Part shown: positions 12,806 through 26,749 of the stretch, piece by piece
Layout: the number at the start of each line of letters is the position of its first letter
Position numbering within the stretch: position 1 is the first letter of the stretch
Origin: the human T2T-CHM13v2.0 reference genome, Homo sapiens
Direction: 5' to 3' (one strand)
Length of the DNA stretch: 64,000 nt
Assembly (NCBI RefSeq): GCF_009914755.1
Contig: NC_060939.1
The notes under the pieces: generated by a model
What the model was told of the DNA's origin: nothing
The model's input: the letters and a program-made list of their open reading frames with translations, nothing else
Database searches by the model: none
Program-made: the position numbers and the translations under genes

Positions 12806-15269
12806 TATATATTTTCATTTCTGTAAGTTCTATTTCATCCATTTTCTCTTCAGGTCTTCCTCGTCACTCCTGGTGGTCTTACTGCCTGCTCAATTTTGTG
12901 ATTCTTTTTTCTTTATATTAGATTCTGCATGTAACTATTTTCTCACAATTCTAATATCTGAAGTCTGTGTTCTGTATCTGATGATTCCAAAACCTACAGT
13001 CTTTGGGAAATATATCTATTCATTATTTCTGACAATTCTCAAACATATTGGGTTGACTACTTGAATGCTATGATTGACTGAATTCATACTTGCCTGCTTT
13101 TAATCTTTGGGAAAGCTACAGGCTTAAATTGGAGATGATTTTCCTACAAAAAGTATCTGTGTCTGCTTCTGATGAGAGCTGTAGAAACAACTAACATGAG
13201 ACCATTTTACCACCTTGCATAATCTCGAGATTCTCTTGGATTCTCTTGCAGAATCTCAGGATTACTCATGGTTCTCAGATTTGGCTCCCCATCCTTGCAC
13301 ATTTATAAACAGAAGACTAGACTGCTTAGTATAAGTGGTGACCACTTCCTCCTACCCTGGAAAAAACAAAAACAAAACAGATTTCTCATCTGAATGTGAT
13401 CACAGACTAGCGGATTCTGTAAGAGAATAACTGGAGGCTGAGGACAGCAGGAAAAATAGGTGTCTTTCCTGACCATAGAAATAGGTTACTAGCTGCCCTA
13501 AAGGCTGTGTGCTCCAGAGTTTCACTATTTAACTCAACTACCATTCCCTCCATAATAGTGAATGGAAGCTGTATAAGAACTGTGTAAGTACAAGATATTA
13601 CTTCAGCACTATTTCCTACAACTCCTCTACATGAATCCTACCCTCCTTGTGTTATAGTTCAAACTGGTCTGGTATACTCTGAATAACTCATTCTCTTTCC
13701 TAGATACCCAAATGTGTTTACTTTTCACCTATGTAAATAAGTTTCCTTCAACCTCCACCAGCTGACCAAACCCCACTCACATTTCACCGCCCCGCTGAGA
13801 TCCCACCTACTTCATGAAGTCTTCAGGTCACTATTGGCAGAGCAACTTTTTGCTGCTTTAAAGAGAAATTAAGTCCATGCTTAGCATTTAATAATCAATG
13901 GAGTACTCAGTAGTTTTAATCCCCTCTGATACAGCTGGCATTTGGTATAATGAAAAACACTTTATTAGGAATCAGAAGATTTATTTGGGTAGATCACAAG
14001 CTGACTTATTCTAATTATTCATTTGGATAATGACAACACACTATGTCAAAAAAAGAATGAAGAAACTTAACGGATTTTAAGACTGAAAATGGCATTATTC
14101 ATAACTTCATGTATTTGTCTCTATTCTAGGTGGTAAACTAAGATCATAAACTTAAATTCTTGGGATTCTTATAACAAAATGTTGAAAAGCTATACTGGTC
14201 AATTTTATAATCACATTTAAAAACGGTTTTAGACATTTATCCTGAATTTGCAGATTTTTTTCCAAATCTTTTCTTTGATCATTTTTTTTTCTCTCAAATA
14301 AGGTTCTGAACAAAAAATGACCTGTCTTCCTTTTCCAGTGCTTATGGGAATACTGAGTCAACATACACAATTTTATAAACAAGCACATAAAACTGAAGCA
14401 CAATAGTTATGTCTTTTCTCCCCAATCAGTAAGGGCTTCATTAAAAAGATATTTTAACATTAAACGATGAAAAACATAAGAATTATGGCTTGGTAGCTAG
14501 TAAAAGGCTGGTGTGAGCAAGAGACACAAAGGTTAAAAATTTACTATTTTTCAGTCTTGTGTTTATTTTGGATATGTAAATATGTGGCTGGGTTACCTAA
14601 CACCCAACTTCCAAAACTGATCATGAGGTTTTATGACAAGAGAAGGACTTTTATAGCAATTTTACTGCCTAATCGAAAACAGTCTAGGGAAGCTTTAAAG
14701 GTAACAAAATGAAACTTTACACAATTATAAACAACTCTGTTTCACACCCAACCTGGCACTTCCACTCACTGTAATAGTATATTTGTGATCAACTTTGTAA
14801 CAACCTGTCAAAAGAGAGCTCTAACATCTGCCCACTAGGGATCACATCAGCCTTTCCGGCTCTGCAGCAGAAAACACATGGGAGTCACTCAGAACTCCGG
14901 ATTTCCAACAAAGTAGCATTTCCCAGAGAGTAAGCCAGAGGACACCATCCTCTGAGACGCTGTCGGGTAGATTATTAAACAAATTTGGGAAAAATAGAAA
15001 GTAGCATTAAGGCTCCAAGAGGTGCTTTAGTAAAAGATATTTCGAACCTGGCTTCCCCAAAACCTTGCAATCCCCGCAAAGCAAACATCTATTAACATAC
15101 CACTATATTTAGCACTCACAGAACATTTTGGGAGATATGGCAAAAATTAGGCTGCAGGTGTCAGCAAAGTAAACTCTTAAAAAACAATATTGAAAAAAAT
15201 TAAGATTTTAAAAAAACAAAAAAGCAAAAGCAAAAGATAAGTAAATAAATCAAATTTTTAACCAATATT

Positions 15270-15575
15270 GGATAGGCACAGTGGCTCACACATGTAATCC
15301 TAATATTTTGCAAGGACCAGGTGGATGGATCACTTCAGCCCAGGAGTTCGAGACCACCATGAGCAACATGGCGAAACCCCTGTCTCTACCAAAAATACAA
15401 AAATTAGCCAGGTGTGGTGGCATGCACCTGTGGCTCTAGCTACTTAGGAGGCTGAGGTGGGAGGATGGCTGGGGCTTGGGAGGCAGAGATTGTAGTGAGC
15501 CATGATTGCACCACTGCACTCCAGCCTGGGCAACAGAGCAAGACCTTGTCTCAATAAACACATAAATAAAAATAA
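15270..15575 (+). mobile_element. AluJ
   Basis: Full dimer (cacttcagcccaggagttcgagacc; gagccatgattgcaccactgc) with A-rich tail. Confidence 0.9.
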
Positions 15576-16533
15576 AAAACAATATTACTTTACCATGTGG
15601 CAGCACATGGTAAATGAGCTCAGCACATCCATACGTAATACTAAGTTTTTTTTTTTTATAAAAAGAACACTTTTTGTTTCTCTGAGCTTTACAGATGAAC
15701 ATCACACCCAGATAACTATTCTGTGGTATCAACACCACAGTTAACATGTATTCTGACTATACAGGAATGATTCTTAAAAGGATGTTAGCCCCCAAAACAC
15801 ATATATAAGCATGTAAAGCAAATGTAACTAATAATAACCATAGAAACAAAGAACTTCTGGAGGAAGTTCTGAAGTTGTAAATCGACACTCATATTTTTAC
15901 CCTAAATGCAACTATTACTATCTCAGCCATAGAAATTATCAAAGTAAGGACCGAATATATTTAGATTTTAATCACCATAATGTGGATTATGTCACATAAT
16001 AGAATTAGTCATCTGAGTGTTTGAAAATTCTCGTTAAATTGCTCATAATTTGAGGGTATACAGAACATTTCATAACTAACCTAACAAATTGTGATCTTTT
16101 CCCCTCCTTCTGTAAGACTTCCAATCACAAAAAAGAAGCAATACAAACTTCAGTAAAACTGCATAACAATTACCATTTGAGTCTACTAAACTGCAACTAT
16201 TACCTCTACAAGTAATTAGACAGTCAGCTTCATAGGTCCATGAGATTTCCTATGATTATTCCTATAAGTATCAATTATGATCACAGGCATGTGGGGACCC
16301 ATCTGTAATCGTAACATTCTCTAAACCCTCTATCACAATTTACATTTGAAAAACGTTTGTTTTTTTATGGTAAAAAAATATATATATATGTGTGTGTATA
16401 TAAATATATGTATGGGTGTGTGTATATATATATGAATCATTAAAACTCTACCTATCAACAACAACAATGGTTTATAACCAATGGTTCCAGATCCTCTTCC
16501 ATAACCCTGGAATGGCAATGGTTCCATATGCTA

Positions 16534-16777
<244 letters not shown>

Positions 16778-17867
16778 AGGTTGAGGGTGAGTGACTGTTA
16801 AAATGAAGTTTGAGTTACCCTAGTACGTGTTAACTCAGAAACAGACTCTTAGGCTCTACAATGATCTCAGGAAGTTATATGATTTCTCATTTAACATCTC
16901 AGCCTTCTAAGTTATTAAGGATGAGGAACATTCTATTTTTTAAAGACTACATCACCAGATGGCTCTAAATAATTACAAATTACTTCCTTATATTGAGTTG
17001 AAAATCACCTCTTTGTAATTTGACTTATTAGTTCTAGTTTTATGCCTTGTGTTCACCAAAAACAAATAAAAACTAATGCTTCCATATATGTACTCCTTCA
17101 AGTAGTTGAAGACAAGCTATCGTGAACCCCCATGTTTTCCTCTCTGAATCCACAGTAATTTAACCAGCTATCCTTGGATACAGAATAGAATCTCTTCCCA
17201 ATCCTGGCTATTATTCTCTAAATGAACCTAAATTTATCTGAACACACCCTTCTTAAAGTGCTACCACAGAATTCAATTCAGTAATTCACATGTTGCCTGA
17301 AACATCAGAAAACAACTTCCTTGAAAGCATAGCAAGTTGGATTTACCCAGTTGCTGACCAGATCCCATCCCCTCCTGCCCCCATTCCCATCTTTGTGTTA
17401 TGCTTTATCTCAAGTTCCATTTTGCTTATTATTCATGACTCTCAAGTTGTCACTGTGGACATCAGAGGCCATAAATATATACGGTTCTGGCTCATTGCTG
17501 TAAATCCTTCTGAGTCATACCTGCCATCCTCCAAAGTCTGTGAATCCCAAGATTAATAACTTGGCAATTCAGTTTAAGGTCCTTTTCATAAGGCGAGTTA
17601 GCTCAAGGCAATCACATTCTTCCAGGCCTCTTAAGAAATACTCCAACCCCAGAAAAGGCCCTTCTTTCTGGTATCAGGAGCTATAGGCCACAAACACAAA
17701 TCCAGTGGAATTTCAGCTATTTACCTCCCAGATCATCCCCTCCGTGAAGTTCTACCTAGAGCAGGAAAAAATAATGAAAACACCACCTGCAGTCACAAAT
17801 CCTCCAGTTTCCTGGCCAAGATTTCATATTCCCTTCAAGATACCTCCAAAAAAAAAAAAAAAAAAAA

Positions 17868-18983
17868 AGCTCTCAGATTCATTGATTTTTTTGAAGGGTT
17901 TTTCATGTCTCTGTCTCCTTGAGTTCTGCTCTGATCTTAGTTATTTCTCATCTTCTGCTAGCTTTTGAATTTGTTTGCCCTTGTTTCTCCAGTTCTTTTA
18001 ATTGTGATGTTGGGGTGTCGATTTTGGATCATTCTTTCTCTTGTGGCCATTTAGTGCTATAAATTTCCCTCCACACCCTGCTTTAAATGTGTTCCAGAGA
18101 TTCTGGTACATTGTGTCTTTGTTCTCATTGGTTTCATTATTTGTGCCTTCATTTCGTTATTTACCCAGTAGTCATTCAGGAGCAGGTTGTTCAGTTTCCA
18201 TGTAGTTGTGCAGTTTTGAGTGAGTTTCTTAATCCTGAGTTCTAATTTCATTGCACTGTGGTCTGAGAGACTGTTTTGTTACGATTTCCGTTCTTTTGCA
18301 TTTGCTGAGGAGTGTTTTACTTCCAATTAAATGGTCAATTTTAGAATAAGTGGGATGTTGTGCTGAGAAGAATGTATATTCTACTGATTTGGGGTGGAGA
18401 GTTCTGTAGATGTCTATTAGGTTCACTTGGTGCGGAGCTGAGTTCAAGTCCTGGATATCCTTGTTAACTTTCTGTCTCATTGATCTGTCTAATATTGACA
18501 GTGGGGTGTTAAAGTCTCCCAGTATTATTGTGTAGGAGTCAAAGTCTCTTTGTAGGTCTCTAAGAACTTGCTTTATGAATCTGGGTGTTCCTGTATTGGG
18601 TGCGTATATATTTAGAATAGTTAGTTCTTCTTGTTGAATTGATCCCTTTACCATTATGTAATGCCTTCTTTGGCTCTTTTGATCTTTGTTGGTTTAAAGT
18701 CTGTTTTATCAGAGACTAGGATTGCAACCCCTGCTTTTTTTTTGCTTTCCATTTGCTTGGTAGCTCTTCCTCCATCCCTTTATTTTGAGCCTATGTGTGT
18801 CTTTGCACATGACATAGGTCTCCTGAATACAGCACACTGATGGGTCTTGACTCTTTATCCAACTTGCCAGTCTATGTATTTTAATTGGGGCATTTAGCCC
18901 ATTTACATTTCAGGTTAATATTGTTATGTGTAAATCTGATCCTGTCATTATGATGCTAGCTGTTTATTTTGCCCGTTAGTTGA
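17868..18983 (-). mobile_element. L1PA 5'-inverted segment (ORF2 endonuclease region)
   Basis: ORF 18229-18654 MVKGSIQQEELTILNIYAPNTG... is the L1 ORF2 EN domain; multiple stops and frameshifts. Confidence 0.95.
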
Positions 18984-20451
<1,468 letters not shown>

Positions 20452-20454
20452 TAG

Positions 20455-20594
20455 CCCATCTAATTTTTGTATTTCTAGTAGAGACGGGGTTTCACCATGT
20501 TGGTCAGGCTGGTCTCGAACTCCTGACCTTGTGATCTGCCCGCCTCAGCCTCCCAAAGTGCTGGGATTACAGGCATGAGCCACCATGCCCGGCC
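20455..20594 (-). mobile_element. Alu left monomer (right half missing)
   Basis: ctaatttttgtatttctagtagagacgggg...ccatgcccggcc directly abutting the broken L1. Confidence 0.9.
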
Positions 20595-21222
20595 TTCATT
20601 TTGCTTTCTTATGTCTACTTTCTTTCTTACCACCCCATCGCCCTCTCTTCCTCAGCAAGATGTCAGTTAAGCAGTGTTAATTATGACTGCAACAGGCACC
20701 AGTGCCCAACACATGCAGCCCTACCATCATCCCTATCTCATTTTATAAACCTTTAAAGTGGATTCACTTTCTGTTATTTAACCTCCATAAATGTACATGT
20801 ACCTGTGTCTTATCTACATTTTAACTTGGAAGACTGTTGTACTGGCATGGAGCTGACCATGATGCTGGGGTCACATCACAGCCCCCACCCTTTCTAAGTT
20901 GACATATGGCCATCCCATTAGCTGGAATCCACAGATAGACCTAAGCCTGTGGCACTGAGACAGAATAGATTTTGCATTTGAGAGGTATCTTCTGTGTGAC
21001 TCTTGTTTGAAGGAGGTGGTGATGGTGGGGAGAGGTGACAGAGGTAGGGAGTGCCCTCCAAATGCAAAAATAACAAATACAATGATTGACCATCTGGGAA
21101 TTCTCATACCTTGATTTGTTTTTTAAGCTGTTGCCACAAACCCCCTTTTGTAGCTTTTGCTTTGGGTGGAGGTAGGAGGTAAGGTTTATTCAATCCTGCC
21201 CTGGGTAGGGAGAAAGTTAATC

Positions 21223-21667
21223 TGTAGCAGGACAAGCCGCAGACAAAACCCCTCAGACACTGAGTTAAAGAAGAAAGGGCTTTATTCGGCCAGGAGCTTC
21301 ATTCAGCAAGACTCACATCTCCAAAAACCAAGCTCCCCAAGTGAGCAATTTCTGTCCCTTTTAAAGGCTCACAACTCTTAAGGAGGTCCGCGTGAGAGGG
21401 TCGTGATCGATTGAGCAAGCACCGGGTACATGACTGGGGGCTGCATACGCCGGTAATTAGAACCGAACACAACAGGACAGGGATCTTCACAGTGCTTTTT
21501 TTATGCAAATAATCGACTAGGTCAGGGCTTGATCTTTAACTACCAGGCCCAGGGTGTGACGCCGGGCTGTCTGCTTGTCGATTTCATTTCTGCCTTTTAG
21601 TTTTTACTTCTTTCTTTGGAGGCAGAAATTGGGCATAAGACAATATGAGGGATGGTCTCCTCCCTTA
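21223..21667 (-). mobile_element. LTR2-family (HERV-E/Harlequin) solo LTR
   Basis: Minus strand TAAGGGAGGAGACCATCCCTCATATTGTCTTATGCCCAATTTCTGCCTCC ... GAATAAAGCCC ... GTCCTGCTACA; 4-bp TSD aatc (21219-21222 / 21668-21671). Confidence 0.93.
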
Positions 21668-21935
21668 AATCTAGCCATGTGATTTTTCACAAAAGTAAAT
21701 GGAGCATGCTGCCTTTTCACTTCTGTCAGTGCTTCCACATGGAAACAAAATGCAACACAATTTTTCCAAAACCTGTTCTGATTTAACTCTCCTCTCTGGC
21801 AGTGTTACCCTTAGGGGATAGCCGACTGTCCACAGTCTACTGGAGTTTTCTCTGGTTCGGTGTTTATTTCATTGCTCCTTCTCTTGAATGAGGCTATCTT
21901 ATTCTTTTGGTTTTAAAGGAGTTTATGGTGCCTGT

Positions 21936-21936
<1 letters not shown>

Positions 21937-21979
<43 letters not shown>

Positions 21980-22242
21980 AGATGGAGTCTCACTCTGTTG
22001 CCCAGGCTGGAACGCAATGGTGCGATCTCGGCTCACTGCAACCTCCACCTTTTGAATTCAACCAATTCTCATGCCTCAGCCTTCCAAATAGCCACCATGC
22101 CCGGCTAATTTTTGTGTTTTTTAGTAGAGACAGGTTTTCGCCATGTTGGCCAGGCTGGTCTACAACTCCTGACCTCAAGCCATCCACCCACCTCGGCCTC
22201 CCAAAGTGCTGGGATTACAGGCATGAGCCACTGCACCCAGCC
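21937..22242 (-). mobile_element. AluS with about 40-nt polyT tail and small internal deletion
   Basis: Reverse Alu dimer; degenerate TSD tatggt(g/c)cct(g/c)tcct. Confidence 0.93.
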
Positions 22243-22501
22243 TATGGTCCCTCTCCTGAATTGGCTTACCCCACCAGGTCTGTCTCCTTTGCTTTCTGCA
22301 GCCTGAATCGATTCCTTTGTGTTGATGGGCTTTCCTAAGAGCTTTTCTGAGTTAGTTAACTTTAACTCACCTCTTCGGTGCTCTTCATGCTCTACAGGCA
22401 AGGCTGAGATGCTAAGATTTAAAAAAAGAATGCTGTTTCAGATCAAGTTGATAGCATTTGTTTTCAATATGCATTTTTAAAACATTTTTAAATTTACGGT
22501 T

Positions 22502-22905
22502 TGTCAGGCCTCTGAGCCGAAGCTAAACCATCATATCCCCTGTGACCTGCACATACACATCCAGATGGCCGGTTCCTGCCTTAACTGATGACATTCCACC
22601 ACAAAAGAAATGAAAATGGCCTGTTCCTGCCTTAACTGATGACATTATCTTGTGAAATTCCTTCTCCTGGCTCATCCTGGCTCAAAAGCTCCCCTACTGA
22701 GCACCTTGTGACCCCCACTCCCGCCTGCCAGAGAACAACCCCCCTTTTTCCTTTACCTACCCAAATCCTATGAAACGGCCCCACCCCTATCTCCCTTCGC
22801 TGACTCTCTTTTCGGACTCAGCCCGCCTGCACCCAGGTGAAATAAACAGCTTTATTGCTCACGCAAAGCCTGTTTGGTGGTCTCTTCACACGGATGCGAG
22901 GGAAA
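22502..22905 (+). mobile_element. LTR7 (HERV-H) solo LTR
   Basis: TGTCAGGCCTCTGAGCC... duplicated block gttcctgccttaactgatgacatt x2, aataaa at about 22840, ends ...ggtctcttcacacggatgcgagggaaa; 5-bp TSD cggtt (22497-22501 / 22906-22910). Confidence 0.96.
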
Positions 22906-23852
22906 CGGTTCACTTAGGTATATGAAAGAAGTGTGATTGTATTCAATGACTACAGCAGCACTGTAGCTCTGGCCCTCCCCTAGGGGAGAGAGGTTGATAA
23001 TACTCCATCTTCAAGGGCATTCTTTACAGTGCGCCAGGTTAGTTGTTTTCCCACTGGCATTTCTAAGGAATGCAGTCAGTAGTGATGGAGATGCATTGAA
23101 TTTTATTTCTGAGTCCTAAAAATAGAAATGAATCCTTTAAACTTGTGCATAGTATGTTTACCTTTCCCATAGAGTGGGGTTCCTTCAGACATCCCTTAGG
23201 ATTCTACCTCTGGGTTTTTATAGGCCTTTGGCTAGAAAGAATGAATGTTCCTCAGCTCTCAAGCCAGCTGCACTCAGAAGATAGGAATACCTCAAGGCTC
23301 CTCGCATTTTTCCTATTCCGTTTTCACTGAGACTGATAACATTTTGCTGAGGGCACAGTGACAGAGGAATGTGGCCGTCATTTGCAGCCCATTGATTGGT
23401 TCCCAGCTGGTTCCCACGCAGGAAGAAAAAGCACCCCTGAGCTCTCCTCAGTATTTCCAGATGTAATGAAAGAGGACCTCTTTCTGCACAAAGGCAGCCC
23501 CAGCTTTTGGCTTGGGCAGAGGAGTTCTGATAGTGCTGATTGGTGCATTCATGGGAAATGAATGAGTAGAAGCCACAGTCTTTCAGAACCTGGGCTCTGG
23601 GGAGTGGGAGTGAAAAATAAAGATGCACCTTGTTGGTTTAGTTGATCCCCAGGTTTCTTTCCTTCTGTCAACTTCAGGTTTGTGATCATAGCAACCAGAC
23701 TGAATATGCAAAAGGCTTAGGCGCAAGCAAATCTATAATCTATGCATATTTGAATGGGCTTGGTGACATCATGTACACAAAGTACATTTGGGTAGAAGTG
23801 CATGTGCTAAGTCTCCTTTTCATACTATACTGTCCTTTTCATACTGTACTTC

Positions 23853-24146
23853 TTTTTTGTTTGAGACAAGGTCTTGCTGTGTCTCCCAGGCTGGAGTGCA
23901 GTGGCACAATCACAGCTCCCTGCAGCCTTGAACTCCTGGGCTCAAGTGCTCCTTGTGCCTTGGCCTCCTTGTGTCTAGGGCTACAGGCATGTACCATCAT
24001 GCCTAGCTATTTTTTTTTTTTATTTTTTAATAGTCAGGGTCTCACTATGTTGCCCAGGCCAGTCCCAAATGCCTGGCCTCAAGCAATCGTCCTGCCTCAG
24101 CCTCCCAGAGTGCTGGGATTACAGGTATGAGCCACTGTGCCCAGCC
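23853..24146 (-). mobile_element. AluJ
   Basis: Reverse dimer (gagacaaggtcttgc...gccttgaactcctgggctcaag). Confidence 0.9.
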
Positions 24147-24271
24147 CTGTACTTCCCCTCTTGAAAGAGCCCAAAATATTACCAGCTTTTGGTCATGTGG
24201 CTAGGCCGCTTAGGTAGTTAGAATCCACCAACCCCGGATGCAGAAACCTTTCAGGTGGGGTAAATTTGCGT

Positions 24272-24365
24272 GTTTGTTTGTTTGTTTGTTTGTTTTGAGA
24301 CAGAGTCCCATTCTGTCACCCAGGCTGGAGTGCAGTGGCACAATCTCAGCTCACTGCAACCTCAC
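24272..24365 (-). mobile_element. Short Alu 3' fragment with (TTTG)n tail
   Basis: (tttg)n-gagacagagtcccattctgtcacccaggctggagtgcagtggc. Confidence 0.85.
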
Positions 24366-24604
24366 GTGAAGTAAATTAACAAACATTTTAAACACCTGTG
24401 TGAGTTTGGAATCACACAGAAACTCCTCTCTGCGAGGCTGGGTGGGGCTTTCCCAGCCAGACTAATGGATTTTTTATTTCTCTCTTTTCAAGACTTGCAG
24501 CACATCAGCTTAAAGGGTGAGCCAGCCAGTAGAGAGAAGGGGCCCCATCTAGGAGCCCGTAAATATCAAAGAAATGTGGAGAGACTTTGCTAGAATCCTC
24601 CTCA

Positions 24605-25078
24605 AGGTTGCTTTTCTTGAGGTCCCCAGACCAACAACATCAACATCCATCGGCATCACCTGAGAACTGGTCAGAAAGGCACATTCTTGGCTGGGCGCTG
24701 TAGCTCACATCTGTAATCCCAGCGCTTTGGGAGGCTGAGGTGGGTGGATCATTTGAGGTCAGGTTCAAGACCAGCCTGGACAACATGGTGAGCCAGGCAT
24801 GGTGGCAAGAGCCTGTAATCCCAGCTACTACAGAAATCGAGGCAAAAGAATGGTTTGAACCAGGGAGGCAGAGGTTGCAGTGAGCCGAGTTGCACCACTG
24901 CACTCCAGCCTGGGCAACAGAGCGAGACTGTCTCAAAAAAAAAAAAAAAAGAAAAGAAAAGAAATGCATGTTCCCAGTCCCCACTCCAGGCCTACTGAAC
25001 CAGAAACTGAGAGTGGGGCCCAGCAGTTGGTATTTTAACAGCCTCCAGGTGATTCTGACTAACTCTCAAGTTTGAAAA
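24605..25078. mobile_element. MER5A (hAT-Charlie) split by an Alu (+, about 24689-24961)
   Basis: MER5A motifs catcacctgagaactggtcagaaa... and cctactgaaccagaaactgagagtggggcccagcagttggtattttaacagcctccaggtgattctga on either side of an Alu. Confidence 0.75.
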
Positions 25079-26395
25079 TCCACTTGGGGCTTGCAGGGGT
25101 CACACTCCAGGTGGCCCCTGATGCCCGCTGGTGATATGGGTCCTGTGTGCTGCTGAGCTCAGCATTGTGCAGTCGAGTGGGCTGACTGTGAGACTGGCAT
25201 ATGCTCCCACTGCTGAGAAGCCGCTGAGACCTCCTTCCCTCATCATCTGCGGCCTCCCCAACAAATGACTGCCAAGACATCAGTGAAAAGTCTGTATGAA
25301 GTGGATCCAAATTATTAGCCTGCCTACCACTCCTTGTGCGTCTCATCAATTGAACCCATCCCTAGACCAAGGGCCCTTTAGGTGAAGAACCAGCCCAGAA
25401 GGGAAAGAGAAAAGAGTAGAACCAATGGACCTCCAGATGGGAGCGGCGGTCAGTGAGTAGTTTAGAGCCAGGTACATGTTAGCACCCTGGATACGTGCAC
25501 ATGCCCTGATCTTTGCTTCCCATCTGTGAACTTCAACACCCACGTGGCTTTTTCTTATATCCTTTAAATACATATCTGACTTAGTATCACCTCATAAAAG
25601 ATAAAGAATCATAGTGAAGCAGAAACAAGCCACAGACCAGTGTACACTCAAACTGAAATCCTCTTTTTCCCACCCTCTCCCTCAAGAAAACATCCCTGCC
25701 GACTTGAGCAGTATGATGGCCATAGCGAAGCAGAGTGGCCCCCAGGGATCCCGCTCTGTCCTCGCACACGCGCACACACGAAGAGCAAATGAAGCGGATC
25801 CAAGGAGTGATGACAAGCGCTGCACAGGAATGTTTGCCAAAACTCTTCTGGGGGATCCGAGTGCTCTACCAAGGACATGAGTATGCCCTGAATTTCTGCA
25901 GCTAAGGCCATATAGTCTGGTGACCAAGCATTTGGTTCCTAGCTTCAGTCTTTGGTTCAAATCCCTGCTTGGCAACTTACTACCACACCTTACTACCAAA
26001 ATGTGACCTTGAGCAGTAACTTCCTTAAGCCTCAGTTTTCTCATCTGTAAAACGGGGATGATAATCTAAATCATGAAGTTGATGGAAGGATTAAACGAGG
26101 GTAATAAATGTGAATGTATAGTGTCTGGCTATGGTATGGCTTTATAAATGTTACCTGTGTTAGAGCTGTGCTTTTCAAACCATGGATCGCAACCATTCAC
26201 GGTTTGCAACCAGCATTTTTTTCAAGAAAAATTTTTAATGCATTACATATTGCAGGATAAGTATTGTTTTATGAAACTTTGGGGGTTGCGTGTATATGTG
26301 TTCTGGAATGCAACAGAAAAATATTTCCTCTTGTGAGTTACAATATAGAAGTATGAAATCTCATTTTATAAAAACAGAAAAAAATAACCAACAGA

Positions 26396-26690
26396 TACTA
26401 GGCTTAATCCTGGGTGATGAAATAATCTGTACAAGAAACCCCCATGACACAAGTTTACCTATATAACAAACCTGCATATGTACCCCTGAACTTAAAATAA
26501 AAGTTAAAAACAAAAATTCAAACAAAAAAATAAAAATTAGCTAGGGATGGTGGTGTGTGCCTACAATTGCAGCTACTCAGGAGGCTAAGCTAGGAGGATC
26601 ACTTGAGACCAGGTCAAGGCTGCAGTGAGCTATGATCATGCCACTGCACTCCAGCCTGGGCAAGAGAGCAAGACCCTGTCTCAAAAAAAA
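26396..26690 (+). mobile_element. L1 3'-end fragment followed by an Alu right monomer (FRAM/AluJ)
   Basis: cctgggtgatgaaataatctgtac...aacctgcatatgtacccctgaacttaaaataaaag, then aaattagctagggatggtgg...polyA. Confidence 0.8.
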
Positions 26691-26749
26691 AGTATTTATT
26701 ATTTTTAGGCGACAGATAACACTGTATGTTTTATTGTATAGAACAGTAT

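Larger units (their letters stand above)
20595..24690 (+). pseudogene. Diverged copy of a long mRNA 3'UTR, recognised as CBX5 (HP1alpha) 3'UTR-like; no CDS; interrupted by LTR2, Alus and LTR7
   Basis: Non-repeat stretches (aggcaccagtgcccaacaca...aaagtggattcactttctg; gaaggaggtggtgatggtgg; cttccacatggaaacaaaatgcaa; gagctctcctcagtatttcc) match my recollection of the CBX5 3'UTR and stay colinear across the inserted elements; identity and right boundary not computed. Confidence 0.55.

Noticed and set aside
13221-13263. Small palindrome aatctcgagatt with tandem gattctcttg
   Set aside because: Too short to exceed chance or slippage expectation
14152-14403. Possible further UBE2Q2 exon upstream of the 67-nt exon
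   Set aside because: No frame matches the UBE2Q2 sequence
23642-24130. 162-aa ORF and many similar ORFs containing LECSG, WDYR or SLPKCWDY
   Set aside because: Alu-derived reading frames
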